A DNA stretch of 64,000 bases, taken from contig CAVQSP010000014.1 in assembly GCA_963715985.1 (NCBI GenBank), positions 672,001-736,000 on the forward strand, in the 5' to 3' direction. The notes under the pieces were generated by a model. It was given only the letters and a program-made list of their open reading frames with translations, made no database searches and was not told where the DNA came from. The translations under genes and the position numbers were made by a program. This stretch comes from an uncultured Thermoleophilia bacterium (lineage in GTDB: Bacteria; Actinomycetota; Thermoleophilia; UBA2241). Shown here one piece after another: positions 39,450 through 50,017 of this stretch. Position 1 is the stretch's first letter; every line of letters begins with the position of its first letter.

Positions 39450-40613
39450 ATGAGATTCTCACAGCGCGTCGAGGACCTGCCGCCGTACCTGTTCGCCGGC
39501 ATCGAACGGCAGATCGCCGAACGGCGCACTGCCGGCATCGACGTCATCAGCCTCGGGATCGGCGATCCCGACCTGCCCACGCCGCCTCACATCGTCGACG
39601 CGCTGGCCGAGGCGGCCAGGGACCCGGCGGTGCACCAGTACCCGAGCAACCAGGGCGAGCTCGGCTTCCGTGAGGCGGTGGCGGGGTTCTACTCCACGCG
39701 CTTCGGCGTGGAGCTGGACCCCGCCTCCGAGATCGTCCCGCTGCTCGGCGCCAAGGAGGGCATCGCTCACATCGGCCTCGCGCTCCTCGACGTCGGTGAC
39801 GTGGCGCTGGCCGCCGACCCCGGGTATCCCGTGTACGTCACCGGCCCCCTGCTGGCCGACGGCGCCGCCGTGCCGGTGCCGCTCGTCCCCGAGCTGGGCT
39901 TCCAGCCCGACCTCGAGAGCATCCCGGCCGCCGCGCTCGAGAAGGCCCGCCTCATCTTCGTGAGCTACCCCAACAACCCGACCGGCGCGGTCATAGAGGA
40001 CGACTTCTTCGCCCGCCTTGTGGCCTGGGCGGGGGAACACGACGTCGTCGTGGTGCACGACAATGCTTACGCAGACATCACCTACGACGGCTACGTGGCC
40101 CCCAGCTTCCTCGCCACGCCCGGTGCCAAGGACGTGGGCGTGGAGATGTTCAGCCTCTCCAAGAGCTACAACATGACCGGCTGGCGCTCCGGGGCCGTGG
40201 TGGGCGACCGCGAGATCGTCGACGCCTACTGGCGCCTCAAGACCAACATGGACTCCGGCATGTTCGGGGCCGTGCAGCGGGCAAGCGCGGCCGCACTGAA
40301 CGGCTCGCAGGAGTGTGTGCGCGAGATGTGCCGCATCTACAAGCGGCGGCGCGACCTGCTGGTCGAGGCGCTGCGCTCGATCGGGATGCACGTGACACCG
40401 CCCAAGGGCACCATCTACCTGTGGGCGCCTGTGCCGGACGGCTACACGTCGGCCAGCTTCACGGAACAGGTCCTTGACCAGGCGGACGTGGTGGTCACGC
40501 CGGGGGCCGCCTACGGCGCCGCCGGCGAGGGCTACGTCCGCCTCTCGCTCACGATCGCCGACGAGCGCCTGCAGGAAGCCGTGCAACGCATCGAGGAGCG
40601 GGTACGGCTGTAG
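39450..40613 (+). CDS. dapL: LL-diaminopimelate aminotransferase
   Basis: LPPYLFA, LGIGDPD, YPNNPTG, SLSKSYNMTGWR, KTNMDSG; next to dapF; ends in TAG. Confidence 0.85.
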   Translation: MRFSQRVEDLPPYLFAGIERQIAERRTAGIDVISLGIGDPDLPTPPHIVDALAEAARDPAVHQYPSNQGELGFREAVAGFYSTRFGVELDPASEIVPLLGAKEGIAHIGLALLDVGDVALAADPGYPVYVTGPLLADGAAVPVPLVPELGFQPDLESIPAAALEKARLIFVSYPNNPTGAVIEDDFFARLVAWAGEHDVVVVHDNAYADITYDGYVAPSFLATPGAKDVGVEMFSLSKSYNMTGWRSGAVVGDREIVDAYWRLKTNMDSGMFGAVQRASAAALNGSQECVREMCRIYKRRRDLLVEALRSIGMHVTPPKGTIYLWAPVPDGYTSASFTEQVLDQADVVVTPGAAYGAAGEGYVRLSLTIADERLQEAVQRIEERVRL

Positions 40614-40647
40614 GCCGCCCATCCAGCTCCACCCCGCGCCGGTCCGT

Positions 40648-42049
40648 ATGAGCGACGACGCCCACATCCTCGAGACCGGCGCTACGGCGCCGCGGCCGCG
40701 CGCCGTCGTGTTCGCCGTGATGCCCTCCGGCCACGGCGAGCCCGGCGAGGACGAGCCGCTCAACGAGATCAAGGAGCTGCTGAGCTCGGCGGACATGGAC
40801 TGGATGGCCGACGTCATCCAGCACAAGGAGCGTCCCCACCCGCACTCCTACCTCGGCAAGGGCAAGCTGGAGGAGCTCGCCGCCGCCGTCAGGGAGACCG
40901 GCGCCACGGTGGCCGTCTGCGAGGACGACCTCAGCCCTACGCCAGGTAGCGGCCGTGCTGGATGCCGTGGACGTCGACGTGCTGGACCGCACGGAGCTCA
41001 TCCTGACCGTCTTCAGCAGGCACGCGGATTCCATGGAGGGAACCTTGCAGGTGCACCTCGCGCAGCTCGAGTACGAGCTCACGCGGATGCGCGGCAAAGG
41101 CAACATCCTCTCGCGGCTCGGCGCCGGCGTGAACATGCGCGGCCCCGGTGAGACCAAGCTCGAGGTCGATCGCCGCGTCGTGCGCCAGCGCATCCAGACG
41201 CTGCGCCGGCGCATCGACCATATGGCGAAGGCCCGGCGCACCCAGCGCGCGCGACGCGTGCGCGCGGCCGTGCCGCTCATCGCCCTGGCCGGCTACACGA
41301 ACGCGGGCAAGTCCACGTTGCTGAACGCGCTCACGGACGCCACGGTCGCCGTGCGCGACCGGCTCTTCGAGACCCTGGACCCCACGTCGCGGTCCTACCG
41401 CTACCGCGACCGCGATTACGTGCTCACCGACACGGTGGGCTTCATCCGCAAGCTGCCACACCAGCTGGTGGACGCGTTCGCCAGCACGCTGGAGGAGACC
41501 ACGCTCGCCGACGTGATCCTCGTGGTGGCGGACGCGCACCTCGAGGCCTCCGAGGTCGCGGTGCGCGAGCAGACGGTGGCCGAGGTGCTGGACGAGCTCG
41601 GCGCCACGGCGCCGCGCATGCTCGTCTTCAACAAGATCGACCTGGCCGACGAGGGCAAACTGGCGCGGCTGCGGGCGCTCTACCCGGAGGCCGCGTTCGT
41701 CGCGGCCGCGCACGGTGAGGGGCTGCCCGAGCTGCAGGAGCGCATCGCCACGTTCTTCGACCGCGCCTTGCGCCCGGTGCGCCTGCTGTTCCCGTACGCA
41801 GCCGCCGCCGACATGCACCGCCTGCGCGGGCTCGCGAGCGATGTCCACGAGGAGCACACGGCCGAGGGCGTGGTCTTCACGGCCCGGCTGCCCGTAGCCG
41901 AGGCCGGGCGGTACGCGCGGTACAACGTCCAGGTGGAGGTGCCGGCAGACGGCGATGAGGCCGGCCCAGACGACGAAGAGGCCGGCCTTGGGACCGACGT
42001 CGAGACCGACGTCGAAGACTGGGCCGACGAGCCGGAGCCCGAGTCGTGA
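40648..42049 (+). CDS. hflX: GTPase HflX, frameshift near 40939
   Basis: YLGKGKLEE, LDRTELIL, RGPGETKLE, GYTNAGKSTL, DTVGFI, NKID. Confidence 0.93.
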
Positions 42050-42520
42050 CGGCCGGCGCGCGCGGCGCACTCGCCGGCCCGGACGGTCACACCGTGCCGG
42101 TCAAGCTGCTGACACCGGCGGCCACGCTGCCGGCGCGAGCCTACGAACACGACGCCGCGTACGACCTCTACGCAGCCGAGGAGGCGGTGCTGGAACCGCT
42201 CACACGCGCTGTGATCGGCACCGGCGTCGCCCTGGGCCTGCCGCCGGGTCTGGCGGCCCTCACGCTGCCGCGTTCCGGCCTCGCCGCGCGGCACGGCATC
42301 TCGATCGTCAACGCGCCCGGCCTCATCGACCCCGGCTATCGCGGCGAGGTCCGCATCATCCTGCTGAACACCGATCGCGTGGAGCCGTTCGCGGTCCACG
42401 CGGGAGACCGCATCGCCCAGCTCCTCTTCCTGCCGCTCGCCGCTGTGAGTGTCGCTCGGTGTTCCCAGGCTCGACGAGACGGCCCGCGGAGCCCAGGGCT
42501 TCGGCTCGAGCGGTCGTTGA
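42046..42520 (+). CDS. dut: dUTP diphosphatase, frameshift near 42455-42467
   Basis: PRSGLA, NAPGLIDPGYRGE, GDRIAQL; motif V RGAQGFGSSG lies in the shifted frame ending TGA 42518-20. Confidence 0.92.
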
Positions 42521-42587
42521 CGCCGACCGAGAGCCTGAGTATGGTGAGTCGCTACGGAGTCACGCCCAGGGGCCCGGGGGGACTGTG

Positions 42588-43097
42588 ATGGCTGAGCAGC
42601 AGGAAGAGAGCGTTCCCGACGCTACGCGCGATCCGGCGCCGGACGTCTCCGCGTCTCCGGACAAGCCTACTATCCGCGTCGCAGGCCTGCTCGTCGACCA
42701 GGGTCGCATCCTCATGGTGGAGCAAGGCAGGGCGGGGGAGAGGTACTGGCTCCTCCCCGGCGGCGGCGTCCGTTTCGGCGAGACCCTCTCGGACGCGCTC
42801 CGGCGTGAGTTCCTCGAAGAGCTGCGCCTGCGCGTCGGCGTCTCCAAGCTTCTCGCCATCGTCGAGTCGGTCTCTCCGGACCCGGAGTATCGCAAGCACG
42901 TCGTGCACCTGGTGTTCGAGGTCTCGGCGCCGGCCGAGGCGGTACCCGAGCCCGACGACCCCAAGGTCCTGTCCGCAGCGTTCCTTGACGAGCTGCAGCT
43001 GCAGCGCATCGACGTGCGCCCGCCCATCACCGAGTTCCTCAGCAGCTGCGTGCGCGAGCTCCCGTCCTCGCCACAGTACCTCGGACGCCGCTGGTAG
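42588..43097 (+). CDS. NUDIX hydrolase
   Basis: LPGGGVRFGETLSDALRREFLEEL Nudix box; ends in TAG. Confidence 0.9.
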   Translation: MAEQQEESVPDATRDPAPDVSASPDKPTIRVAGLLVDQGRILMVEQGRAGERYWLLPGGGVRFGETLSDALRREFLEELRLRVGVSKLLAIVESVSPDPEYRKHVVHLVFEVSAPAEAVPEPDDPKVLSAAFLDELQLQRIDVRPPITEFLSSCVRELPSSPQYLGRRW

Positions 43098-43673
43098 CTT
43101 CGCGCGAGGCCCCGGCAGGCCTGCGAGACGTCGACGACCCCTCCTGATCACCCCGGCGGGCGCCGCCATGAGCCTGCAGATAACACGCGATAATCTCCGT
43201 TATGTAAAGTAGGGACTCCGGACGGCCGGTGGCGCTTCGCCACGGTCGCCTAGATGGCGGAACATCCTTCCCCAGGACACCTGCCCTTCCCCGGACTCGC
43301 CTGTGGACGAAGATCGCGACTGAGCGGCCGACGTGCTGCTGCACGCGATGCGCTTGTGACGTCGGCTCGTTTCGCGTCGCGCGCGCCGTACTCCAGCGCC
43401 CGTGTGCCGTGGCGGTCGCCGGCGGCTTGCCCGACCGGCTCCCGCTTGTCTGGGCTGAGTCGCATCCTCTCTGCCCCTCGGTGCCCGCTGCCGCCTCCTG
43501 CCAAGCTGACAGGTGCCGCTTGTCCGCCGATGAGGACGTCAGCCGGCGACGGAAACTCGACCGAGAAGCCGGGGCTGCCGCGCAGACTCGGTGACTTCAA
43601 GATCCGCGACTGTGGCGCGGCCGGACGCACCGTGTGAGAGGTTTGAGAGGTTTACGCGAAGGCGCGCGCGACA

Positions 43674-43687
43674 CGAACACGTGTTCG
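43674..43687. promoter_or_regulatory. LexA SOS box (Gram-positive type)
   Basis: CGAAC-ACGT-GTTCG perfect palindrome. Confidence 0.55.
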
Positions 43688-43766
43688 CTCATGGGCACGA
43701 TGAAGGGGCCGTGCGAGCTGCGACGATCGGGCCCGGATCCGGCGACGCCCGGGCCGGGCGTGAGCG

Positions 43767-44294
43767 CTAGTACTTGATCAGGCTGAAGACCTCGTAGCCC
43801 TCGAGCTTGCTGCGCCCGTTGAGGCCGCTGAGCTCGATGATGAAGGCGAGGCCCACGACCGTGCCGCCGAGCTTCTCCACGAGGTCGATCTTGGCGCGTG
43901 CGGTACCGCCGGTGGCGAGGAGGTCATCGTGGATCAGCACGTTCTGCCCGGGCTTGATGGCGTCGGCGTGCACCTCGAGCCGGTCGGTGCCGTACTCGAG
44001 GTCGTACTCAGCCGTCACCGTCTCATAGGGCAGCTTTCCGGGCTTGCGGGCGCACACGAAGCCGGCGCCGAGGCCGTAGGCCACGGCGGCGCCGAGGATG
44101 AAGCCGCGAGCCTCCGCGCCCAGCACGACGTCGATGTGCTTGCCCACGCCGTACTCCACGATGCGGTCGACGGCTTCGTGCAGCGCCACGGGCTCGGCGA
44201 GCAGCGGCATGATGTCGCGGAACAGGATCCCCTCCTTGGGGAAATCCGGGATGTCCCGTACGTGAGCGCTGAGGTCGTAACTGCCGTCGGTCAT
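43767..44294 (-). CDS. apt: Adenine phosphoribosyltransferase
   Basis: PDFPKEGILFRDI, EARGF, RKPGKLP, DDLLATGGT; ends in TAG. Confidence 0.97.
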   Translation of the reverse strand: MTDGSYDLSAHVRDIPDFPKEGILFRDIMPLLAEPVALHEAVDRIVEYGVGKHIDVVLGAEARGFILGAAVAYGLGAGFVCARKPGKLPYETVTAEYDLEYGTDRLEVHADAIKPGQNVLIHDDLLATGGTARAKIDLVEKLGGTVVGLAFIIELSGLNGRSKLEGYEVFSLIKY

Positions 44295-44314
44295 GAGAGG
44301 TTCTCCCGGTGAGG

Positions 44315-45047
44315 TCAGCGGCCGGTGCGGCCGCCGCTGAGACGCCGCACGCCGCGGGCGAGCAGCAGCTGACGAAGCTGGGTGGTGGCCTGGACGATGT
44401 CGTCCAGCTGCGCAAGACCCTCACGGCGGCGGTCCTGGCGGTTGGAGCTGAGGGCCGGCAGGAGGACCTGCTCGATGAGGCCGATCTCGCGGTCCACCGC
44501 GCTCTTGACGACGCGGAGGTTCTTGGGGCGCAGGCCGAGCTGTGCGAGCTGTGCGGCCGCCCCGACGATGCCGGCATCGGTCTCGGTGTAGCGCCGCACG
44601 CCGCTGACCTGGCGGGCGTGGACGAGCTCGAACTCCTCGAGCTCGTCCAGAAGGCGACGAATCGGCCCCCGTCATGGCCTGGATCTCCTCGCCCGTGTAC
44701 TCGCGCTCCTCCCCGGCCACGAGGAGGTCGGTCTTGAGGAGGGCCTGCCGCGCGGACTGGTGCGGGCTCGCGGGGCTGCGCTCGAGCTCGCGGCGGATGA
44801 CCTTGAGCGGCAGGTACTCGTCGCGCTGCATGGCGAGCACGCGCACGAGGCGCTTGAAGTCGTCCTGCGAGTACAGCCGGTAGCCGGATTTCGTGCGACG
44901 CGGCGTGACCAGGCCCTGCTCCTCGAGGTAGCGCAGCTTGCTGACGCTGATGTCCGGGAACTCGCCGCGCAGCCGCTCGACCACGGAGCCGATGGTGAGG
45001 AGCTTCTCCTCCCCCACGTCGAACAGCAGTTCGGCGGTCTCGTTCAC
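44315..45047 (-). CDS. MerR-family regulator (FtsR-like), frameshift near 44655
   Basis: LTIGSV..RL..EFPDISVSKLRYLE..GLV.P.RT.SGYR; C-terminal LGLRPKNLR...DRE part in the next frame. Confidence 0.85.
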
Positions 45048-45502
45048 GACGGCACGATGTAGGTGAGCTTGTACTTGCCGATCTGGATCTCGTCGCCGTC
45101 GGCGAGCACGGTGCGGTCGCCGCGCCGGCGATTGACGTAGGTGCCGTTGAGGCTGCCCTCGTCGACGATGACCCACGAGTCGCCCTCACGCACCAGTACG
45201 GCGTGGTTGCGCGAGACGGTGACGTCGTCAAGGAAGATGGCGGCGTCGGGGTGTCGGCCGATGGCGACCCGCTCCCCGAGGAGCGGATACGTCTCCCCGG
45301 CCCGGCCGCCGCCGCTGCGGATGACCAGGCAGGACTCGTCGCCGGCGACGGCGGCGAGCGCGTTGGGCTCGCCGTCCTCCTCGGCAAGAAGGTAGCTCAG
45401 CGTGGTGGCGGACTCTGGCTGGTCGGCGATGAGGCTGGCGCCGCAGCGCACGCAGAAGCTGGCGCCCTCCGAGTTGCGGATGCCGCACTCAGGGCAGAAC
45501 AC
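45044..45502 (-). CDS. Zinc-ribbon FHA-domain protein (GarA/OdhI-like)
   Basis: CPECG...FCVRCG, IGRHP..IFLDDVTVSRNHA, GSLNGTYVN. Confidence 0.9.
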   Translation of the reverse strand: MFCPECGIRNSEGASFCVRCGASLIADQPESATTLSYLLAEEDGEPNALAAVAGDESCLVIRSGGGRAGETYPLLGERVAIGRHPDAAIFLDDVTVSRNHAVLVREGDSWVIVDEGSLNGTYVNRRRGDRTVLADGDEIQIGKYKLTYIVPS

Positions 45503-45503
45503 G

Positions 45504-45782
45504 TCACTCGTCCCCGGGGTCTCCGGGCGCGTGCGGCGCGGGGCCAGGCCCCTGCCCGGCGAGGATGCGGGACAGGCGCTCGACGTCGTCCGCCGAGATG
45601 ACCGCCTCACCCTCGTTGTGCTTGCGCTGCAGGCGCAGCACGAGCTCGGCGCGCAGGATGTCCAGCTTGCCGTGCAGGAGGCGCCGCTGGCGGGAGATCT
45701 CCCGCTCCTCCGCCTCCAGCTCTGCGACCAGCATGCGGAGCTCGTCGTCCGAACGCGACACGAGGTCGACGATATCGTCCAT
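45504..45782 (-). CDS. Single-motif RsiG-like anti-sigma protein
   Basis: EEREISRQRRLLHGKLDILRAE resembles the RsiG ExxxSxxRxxxQxxxD motif (Q replaced by H). Confidence 0.65.
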   Translation of the reverse strand: MDDIVDLVSRSDDELRMLVAELEAEEREISRQRRLLHGKLDILRAELVLRLQRKHNEGEAVISADDVERLSRILAGQGPGPAPHAPGDPGDE

Positions 45783-45838
45783 GGTCCTTCTCCTGATCGT
45801 GCGTGGAGGGCAGGAAGCCGATGCTACCGGACTCGCCC

Positions 45839-46432
45839 TCAACGTTCAAGCTCAGGTTGAGGTGACCTTGACTCCGGTGGAGGGGCGGACTGGTCGCCGG
45901 CGAGCTCGATGCGCACGACCTCACGCTCGCCGAGGCGGACGAGTGTCTGCAGAGCATCGTACTCGTCCGCGTCTCCCGCCACGAGCAGGCCCTCGACGAC
46001 GTCGCCGAGCTTCCTCGCGCCCGGCCCCACGTACGCCAGCACGCGCGCCTCGAGGGGCGCCTCGGCCTCGCCGCCCACAAGGCGCACGATGGCGGTGGCC
46101 GGCAGGCGCTCGCGCAGCCGGCGCGTCTCGTCGAGGCGGCGCATGCCCTCGATGAGCAGCGCCTCCGTGGAGAGGTCGCAGGTCCCCTGGGGAACGACAT
46201 CGGAGTCGAAGGAGAACGACCCCTCGCTGACGGCGAGCAGCGCATAGAAGGCCAGGTCGGCGCTCAGCTCGCCGCAGCGCGCGCCGACCAGGCGGCCGCC
46301 ACAGAAGTCGAGCTCGCCGCGCGCCTCCCCGTGCGCGTCGAACACGGTGACGCGCCCGGTCTTGCGGCCGATGGTGGTCATTTCCACGAGCTCGGCCAGC
46401 GCCAGCTCGTCGAAGCCGCCGCTCAGGCTCAC
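45839..46432 (-). CDS. DUF4388/PatA-N domain protein
   Basis: LSG.FDELALAELV......KTG, EGSFSF, LLIEGMRRLDE. Confidence 0.8.
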   Translation of the reverse strand: MSLSGGFDELALAELVEMTTIGRKTGRVTVFDAHGEARGELDFCGGRLVGARCGELSADLAFYALLAVSEGSFSFDSDVVPQGTCDLSTEALLIEGMRRLDETRRLRERLPATAIVRLVGGEAEAPLEARVLAYVGPGARKLGDVVEGLLVAGDADEYDALQTLVRLGEREVVRIELAGDQSAPPPESRSPQPELER

Positions 46433-46632
46433 GGTGTCGGCGCTCCCGCGTTCATGCGGTGTGGTGCATCCTCATTGGCGCCTAGCTTCGCACCCGCAGC
46501 CCTCTTCCCTGCCCCGGGCACTCATGCTCGCGGCCCCAGACGACGATACAAAGGGCGCAGGCCGAGCCTGGTATATACTTCGCTGGCCGTGGGCGGCGGC
46601 GTCCCCCCGGCCCCAGACGTGGAGGAACGAGC

Positions 46633-47118
46633 GTGGCGCGACGCAAGGGACTCGTGATAAACGACCGGCAGCTCGACCGCTGCGACGACCTCCTGGCCAA
46701 GCTCAAGGAGGTCTCCGGGTCGAGCTTCCTCGCGCTCATCAGCACCTCCGGCCAGCCCATCACCACCGCCTCCGACGAGTACCACCCCGAGACGCTCTCG
46801 CTGGCCTCTCTGGCGGCGAGCTCGTTCGCGGCCACGCAGCAGCTCGCCAAGATCCTCGACGAGAGCGAGTTCACGCTGCTCTTCCACGAGGGCAAGGCGC
46901 TCAACCTGCACGTCTCGCAAGTCAACGACCAGGTACTGCTCATCGTCACGTTCGGGCGCGAGACGCAGGTCGGCAAGGTGCGTCTGTACACGCAGCGTGC
47001 CATCGAGGCGCTGCGCCAGATCTTCGAGGGACCGGACGACGAGGACCAGCCGGCGATGGACGCCGACTTCGAGAGCGCGGCCGGCGACGCCATGGACGAC
47101 CTCTTCAAGGACCTGTGA
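46633..47118 (+). CDS. mglB: Roadblock/LC7 protein MglB
   Basis: SLASLAASSFAATQQLAKIL.E.EF.LLFHEG, GKVRL. Confidence 0.85.
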   Translation: MARRKGLVINDRQLDRCDDLLAKLKEVSGSSFLALISTSGQPITTASDEYHPETLSLASLAASSFAATQQLAKILDESEFTLLFHEGKALNLHVSQVNDQVLLIVTFGRETQVGKVRLYTQRAIEALRQIFEGPDDEDQPAMDADFESAAGDAMDDLFKDL

Positions 47119-47128
47119 GGGCCACTGC

Positions 47129-47707
47129 ATGCCACTGATCAACTTCGCCGCCCGCGAGATCAACTACAAGATCGTCTACTACGGCTGCGGGCTCTGCGGC
47201 AAGACCACCAACCTCCAGTACATCCATCGCAAGATCAATCCCGATGCCCGCGGCAAGCTCGTGAGCATCGCCACTGAGGAAGAACGCACCCTCTACTTCG
47301 ACTTCATGCCGCTCACGCTCGGCACGGTGAAGGGCATGCAGACGCGCTTCCATCTCTACACGGTGCCGGGCCAGAGCTACTACAACGCCAGCCGCAAGCT
47401 CGTGTTGCAGGGCGTGGACGGGGTCATCTTCGTGGCCGACTCCCAGATCACGCGCCTCGACGAGAACGTGGAGAGCTACCTGAACCTCTGGGACAACCTG
47501 CTCGGCCAGGGCGACGACCTCGCCAAGCTGGGGTTCGTCATCCAGATGAACAAGCGCGACCTCACCGACATCTTCTCAGTGGCCGACCTCAGCGAGCTGC
47601 TCAACCACACGCGCTCTCCGGTCGTCGAGAGCAGCGCGGTGACGGGCACGGGGGTGTTCGAGACGCTCAAGGTGGTCTGCAAGCAGGTCATCGCCAAGAC
47701 GGGCTGA
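47129..47707 (+). CDS. mglA: Small Ras-like GTPase MglA
   Basis: INFAAREINYKIVYYGCGLCGKTTNL, RTLYFDF, YTVPGQ, DSQ, NKRDL. Confidence 0.92.
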   Translation: MPLINFAAREINYKIVYYGCGLCGKTTNLQYIHRKINPDARGKLVSIATEEERTLYFDFMPLTLGTVKGMQTRFHLYTVPGQSYYNASRKLVLQGVDGVIFVADSQITRLDENVESYLNLWDNLLGQGDDLAKLGFVIQMNKRDLTDIFSVADLSELLNHTRSPVVESSAVTGTGVFETLKVVCKQVIAKTG

Positions 47708-47716
47708 CCCTCTCCC

Positions 47717-49624
47717 TCAGGTACCGACCCGCTTCACCCAGTCCAAGGGCTGGTAGTGCGACACGAACGCGTCGCGGAACAGCACGTCGCCCTGCGTGTT
47801 GCGCACGGTGCGCTCCACGCGCACGCTGCGGCCGTCGATGCCCTGCTCCCAGCGGGTCACGCCAGGACCCAGGTCCGAGTCGTAGATCACGCGCGGATCG
47901 CCCTTGCTGTGGGCGGGCTTACGAATATCGTAGAACCCGCTCGTCTTGAACGTGGCCTCACGGCCTGTCTTGCCGACGAGTGCCACGGTGAGGTGATCGC
48001 CCTCCACCCAGCTGCGGATCATCAGCGTCTTGCCGGTGTCGTTGCGGAACTTGAGGTCCGCGCTGCCCCACGACACGGTGGCGTCGCGGCCGATGGGGTA
48101 GTGCGAGATGTACAGGGAATGCGCCTCGCGCTCCACGATGGGCAGGCCGGCGATGAGGGCGGCGTTGAACAGGGTGGTGGCGTACTGGCAGATGCCGCCG
48201 CCCACGCCCTGCCGCAGGACCATGTCCGAGGCGATGACCGGGGCGTAGTCGAAGCCGCGGTTGGCGCTGCGCGGGCCCATGGCGGCGTTGAGCGAGAAGG
48301 TCTCGCCAGGCTTGATGAGCGTGCCGTCCACGAGCTTGGCGGCCAGGGCGATGTTGCCGGCCCTGGCCGTGTTGCGCGGGTCGAAGTAGGTGACGAACTG
48401 AGCGCCGAGCGCGGCCAGGCCCATGCTCTGTACGTCCTCGGCGCTGAGCGCCGGCATGGCCGTGGTGAGCGCCACGAAGACCGTGCGGAGGCCGCCCGCG
48501 TTGGAGGCGGCGGCGTCGAGGTCCTGAAGCAGGACGTCCATGTCAAGGACGTCGCCCTCCTTACTGGGCGTGACGATGATGCCGCCCTGCGGGAAGACCT
48601 TGATCTGCGCGTTGACGGGCGGCGTCTCGGCGAAGGCGAAGAGCTTGTGCAGCTTGGCCTTGGCGCGCGGATTGCGGAAGGTGAGCGGGGAGGCGTCGGC
48701 GCCGGAGCCGGTGTTGACGCTCAACATGCCTGCCATCATCTCGGGGGTGAGGACGACCTCACGGTCGCGGTAGCGCAGGGTGATGGGCCGCGCGAGGTAC
48801 ACGGCCGCGGCCCCTGCCCGGGATTGCGCGTCGGCCGTGCTCACCTGCGGCTGCACGGCTCTCATCGGCACGGCCCCGGAGTACGGCTTGCCTGCGGCGA
48901 CCGAGGCGCTGACGGCACGCGCGAGGGCGACCGCATCCACGGTCGAGCCGGCGCGCGCCGGCACCACCGAGACCGCCGCGTCGCCGCCGATCTTGAGGCG
49001 GGCGTCGCGGGCCGGCACGTCCACCTCGGCGGTGACGGCCTCGAGGCCCTGCCGGAACCCGGCGGCGTCGAGCTTGACGCGTGGCGCCACCTCTCCCCCG
49101 CCACCAGGCAGCCACACGTCGCCGAGCAGGGGGACGTGGTGACGCCCGCGCCGCCAGGCGGCACGGGCGGTGGCCGCCGTGTCCACGCTCACGCCCAGCT
49201 GCGCCAACGTGAGCGTGAGCTCCTCGCCGGCGGCGGTCTTGAGGGTGATGCCGTCCAGGCGCGGCACGAGTCGCTCGTCCAGCCGCGCCTGTGCCTGGTC
49301 GCGCGTGAGTCCCTGCACGGGCACGCCGGCGACGGTGACACCGTCGCCGATGTGCGCTCCAACGACGAGCTGGGTGACGAGGAAGCCGGCGGTGAGCACG
49401 ATGAGAGTCAGCACGGCCGTGGCGGCCCACACGTGGCGCCGGTACCAGCCGCGGAGCGAGCGCAGCGCGCCGTGCCCGGCGGGCGTGACGCCGACCGGAG
49501 TCGCAACGCCGTCAAGCGCCGCCGAGGCCGCGCCCCCGCGCCTCGTCGCCGTGCCGGGCGCGGCCAGTCTCGCCGGCTCGGACGGCGGTGTCATCGGCTC
49601 GTCCATACGACCATTGTACGGCAC
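47717..49624 (-). CDS. VanW-family protein with peptidoglycan-binding and G5-like regions
   Basis: NIALAA, PGETFSLN..GPR, GVGGGICQYATTLFNA, GRDATV, DLKFRN. Confidence 0.88.
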   Translation of the reverse strand: MPYNGRMDEPMTPPSEPARLAAPGTATRRGGAASAALDGVATPVGVTPAGHGALRSLRGWYRRHVWAATAVLTLIVLTAGFLVTQLVVGAHIGDGVTVAGVPVQGLTRDQAQARLDERLVPRLDGITLKTAAGEELTLTLAQLGVSVDTAATARAAWRRGRHHVPLLGDVWLPGGGGEVAPRVKLDAAGFRQGLEAVTAEVDVPARDARLKIGGDAAVSVVPARAGSTVDAVALARAVSASVAAGKPYSGAVPMRAVQPQVSTADAQSRAGAAAVYLARPITLRYRDREVVLTPEMMAGMLSVNTGSGADASPLTFRNPRAKAKLHKLFAFAETPPVNAQIKVFPQGGIIVTPSKEGDVLDMDVLLQDLDAAASNAGGLRTVFVALTTAMPALSAEDVQSMGLAALGAQFVTYFDPRNTARAGNIALAAKLVDGTLIKPGETFSLNAAMGPRSANRGFDYAPVIASDMVLRQGVGGGICQYATTLFNAALIAGLPIVEREAHSLYISHYPIGRDATVSWGSADLKFRNDTGKTLMIRSWVEGDHLTVALVGKTGREATFKTSGFYDIRKPAHSKGDPRVIYDSDLGPGVTRWEQGIDGRSVRVERTVRNTQGDVLFRDAFVSHYQPLDWVKRVGT

Positions 49625-49794
49625 CCGTTCGCGGCAGGCCCCCGGCCTCCTGCGCGTGAAGGCGTGGGTGCGGCCCGCCGCCGCCCGCCGCCCGACGAGG
49701 CGCCGGTTCGAGCACGGCGCGGAAGGCGGCGTAGCCTATCCGACAGTGCAACGAGGAAAGGTGGGACGCCCGTGGGCGTGTTTGCAGCGGCGTT

Positions 49795-49851
49795 TTCAGG
49801 CAAGAGCACCGTTGAACGTACGCTTGCTTGAAGCACGCGATCCGACTGTGC
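49795..49851 (+). repeat. Dispersed intergenic repeat, copy A
   Basis: 43/57 identical by hand alignment to 61905-61961. Confidence 0.75.
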
Positions 49852-49933
49852 TCGAGTCGGGCGCCGGCGGGCCAGAGCGTCGAGACCGACCAAGGCGCGC
49901 CCAAGGCCCGGCCGTGGCCGCGTGCCGTGCCCG

Positions 49934-50017
49934 GTTGTCGCGTGGGCGGCCAGGCGCCGTTGTCGCGCGGGCGGCCAGGCGCCGTTGTCGCGTGGGCGGC
50001 TAGGCGCTGTTGTCGCG
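49934..50017. repeat. 25-bp tandem repeat (about 3.4 copies) over the 3' end of the manC/manB gene
   Basis: GTTGTCGCG(T/C)GGGCGGC(C/T)AGGCGC(C/T) units at 49934, 49959, 49984 and a partial at 50009. Confidence 0.85.

Noticed and set aside
49934-50017. CRISPR array
   Set aside because: Units are directly adjacent without unique spacers and no cas genes are present; same for the 23645-23871 repeat
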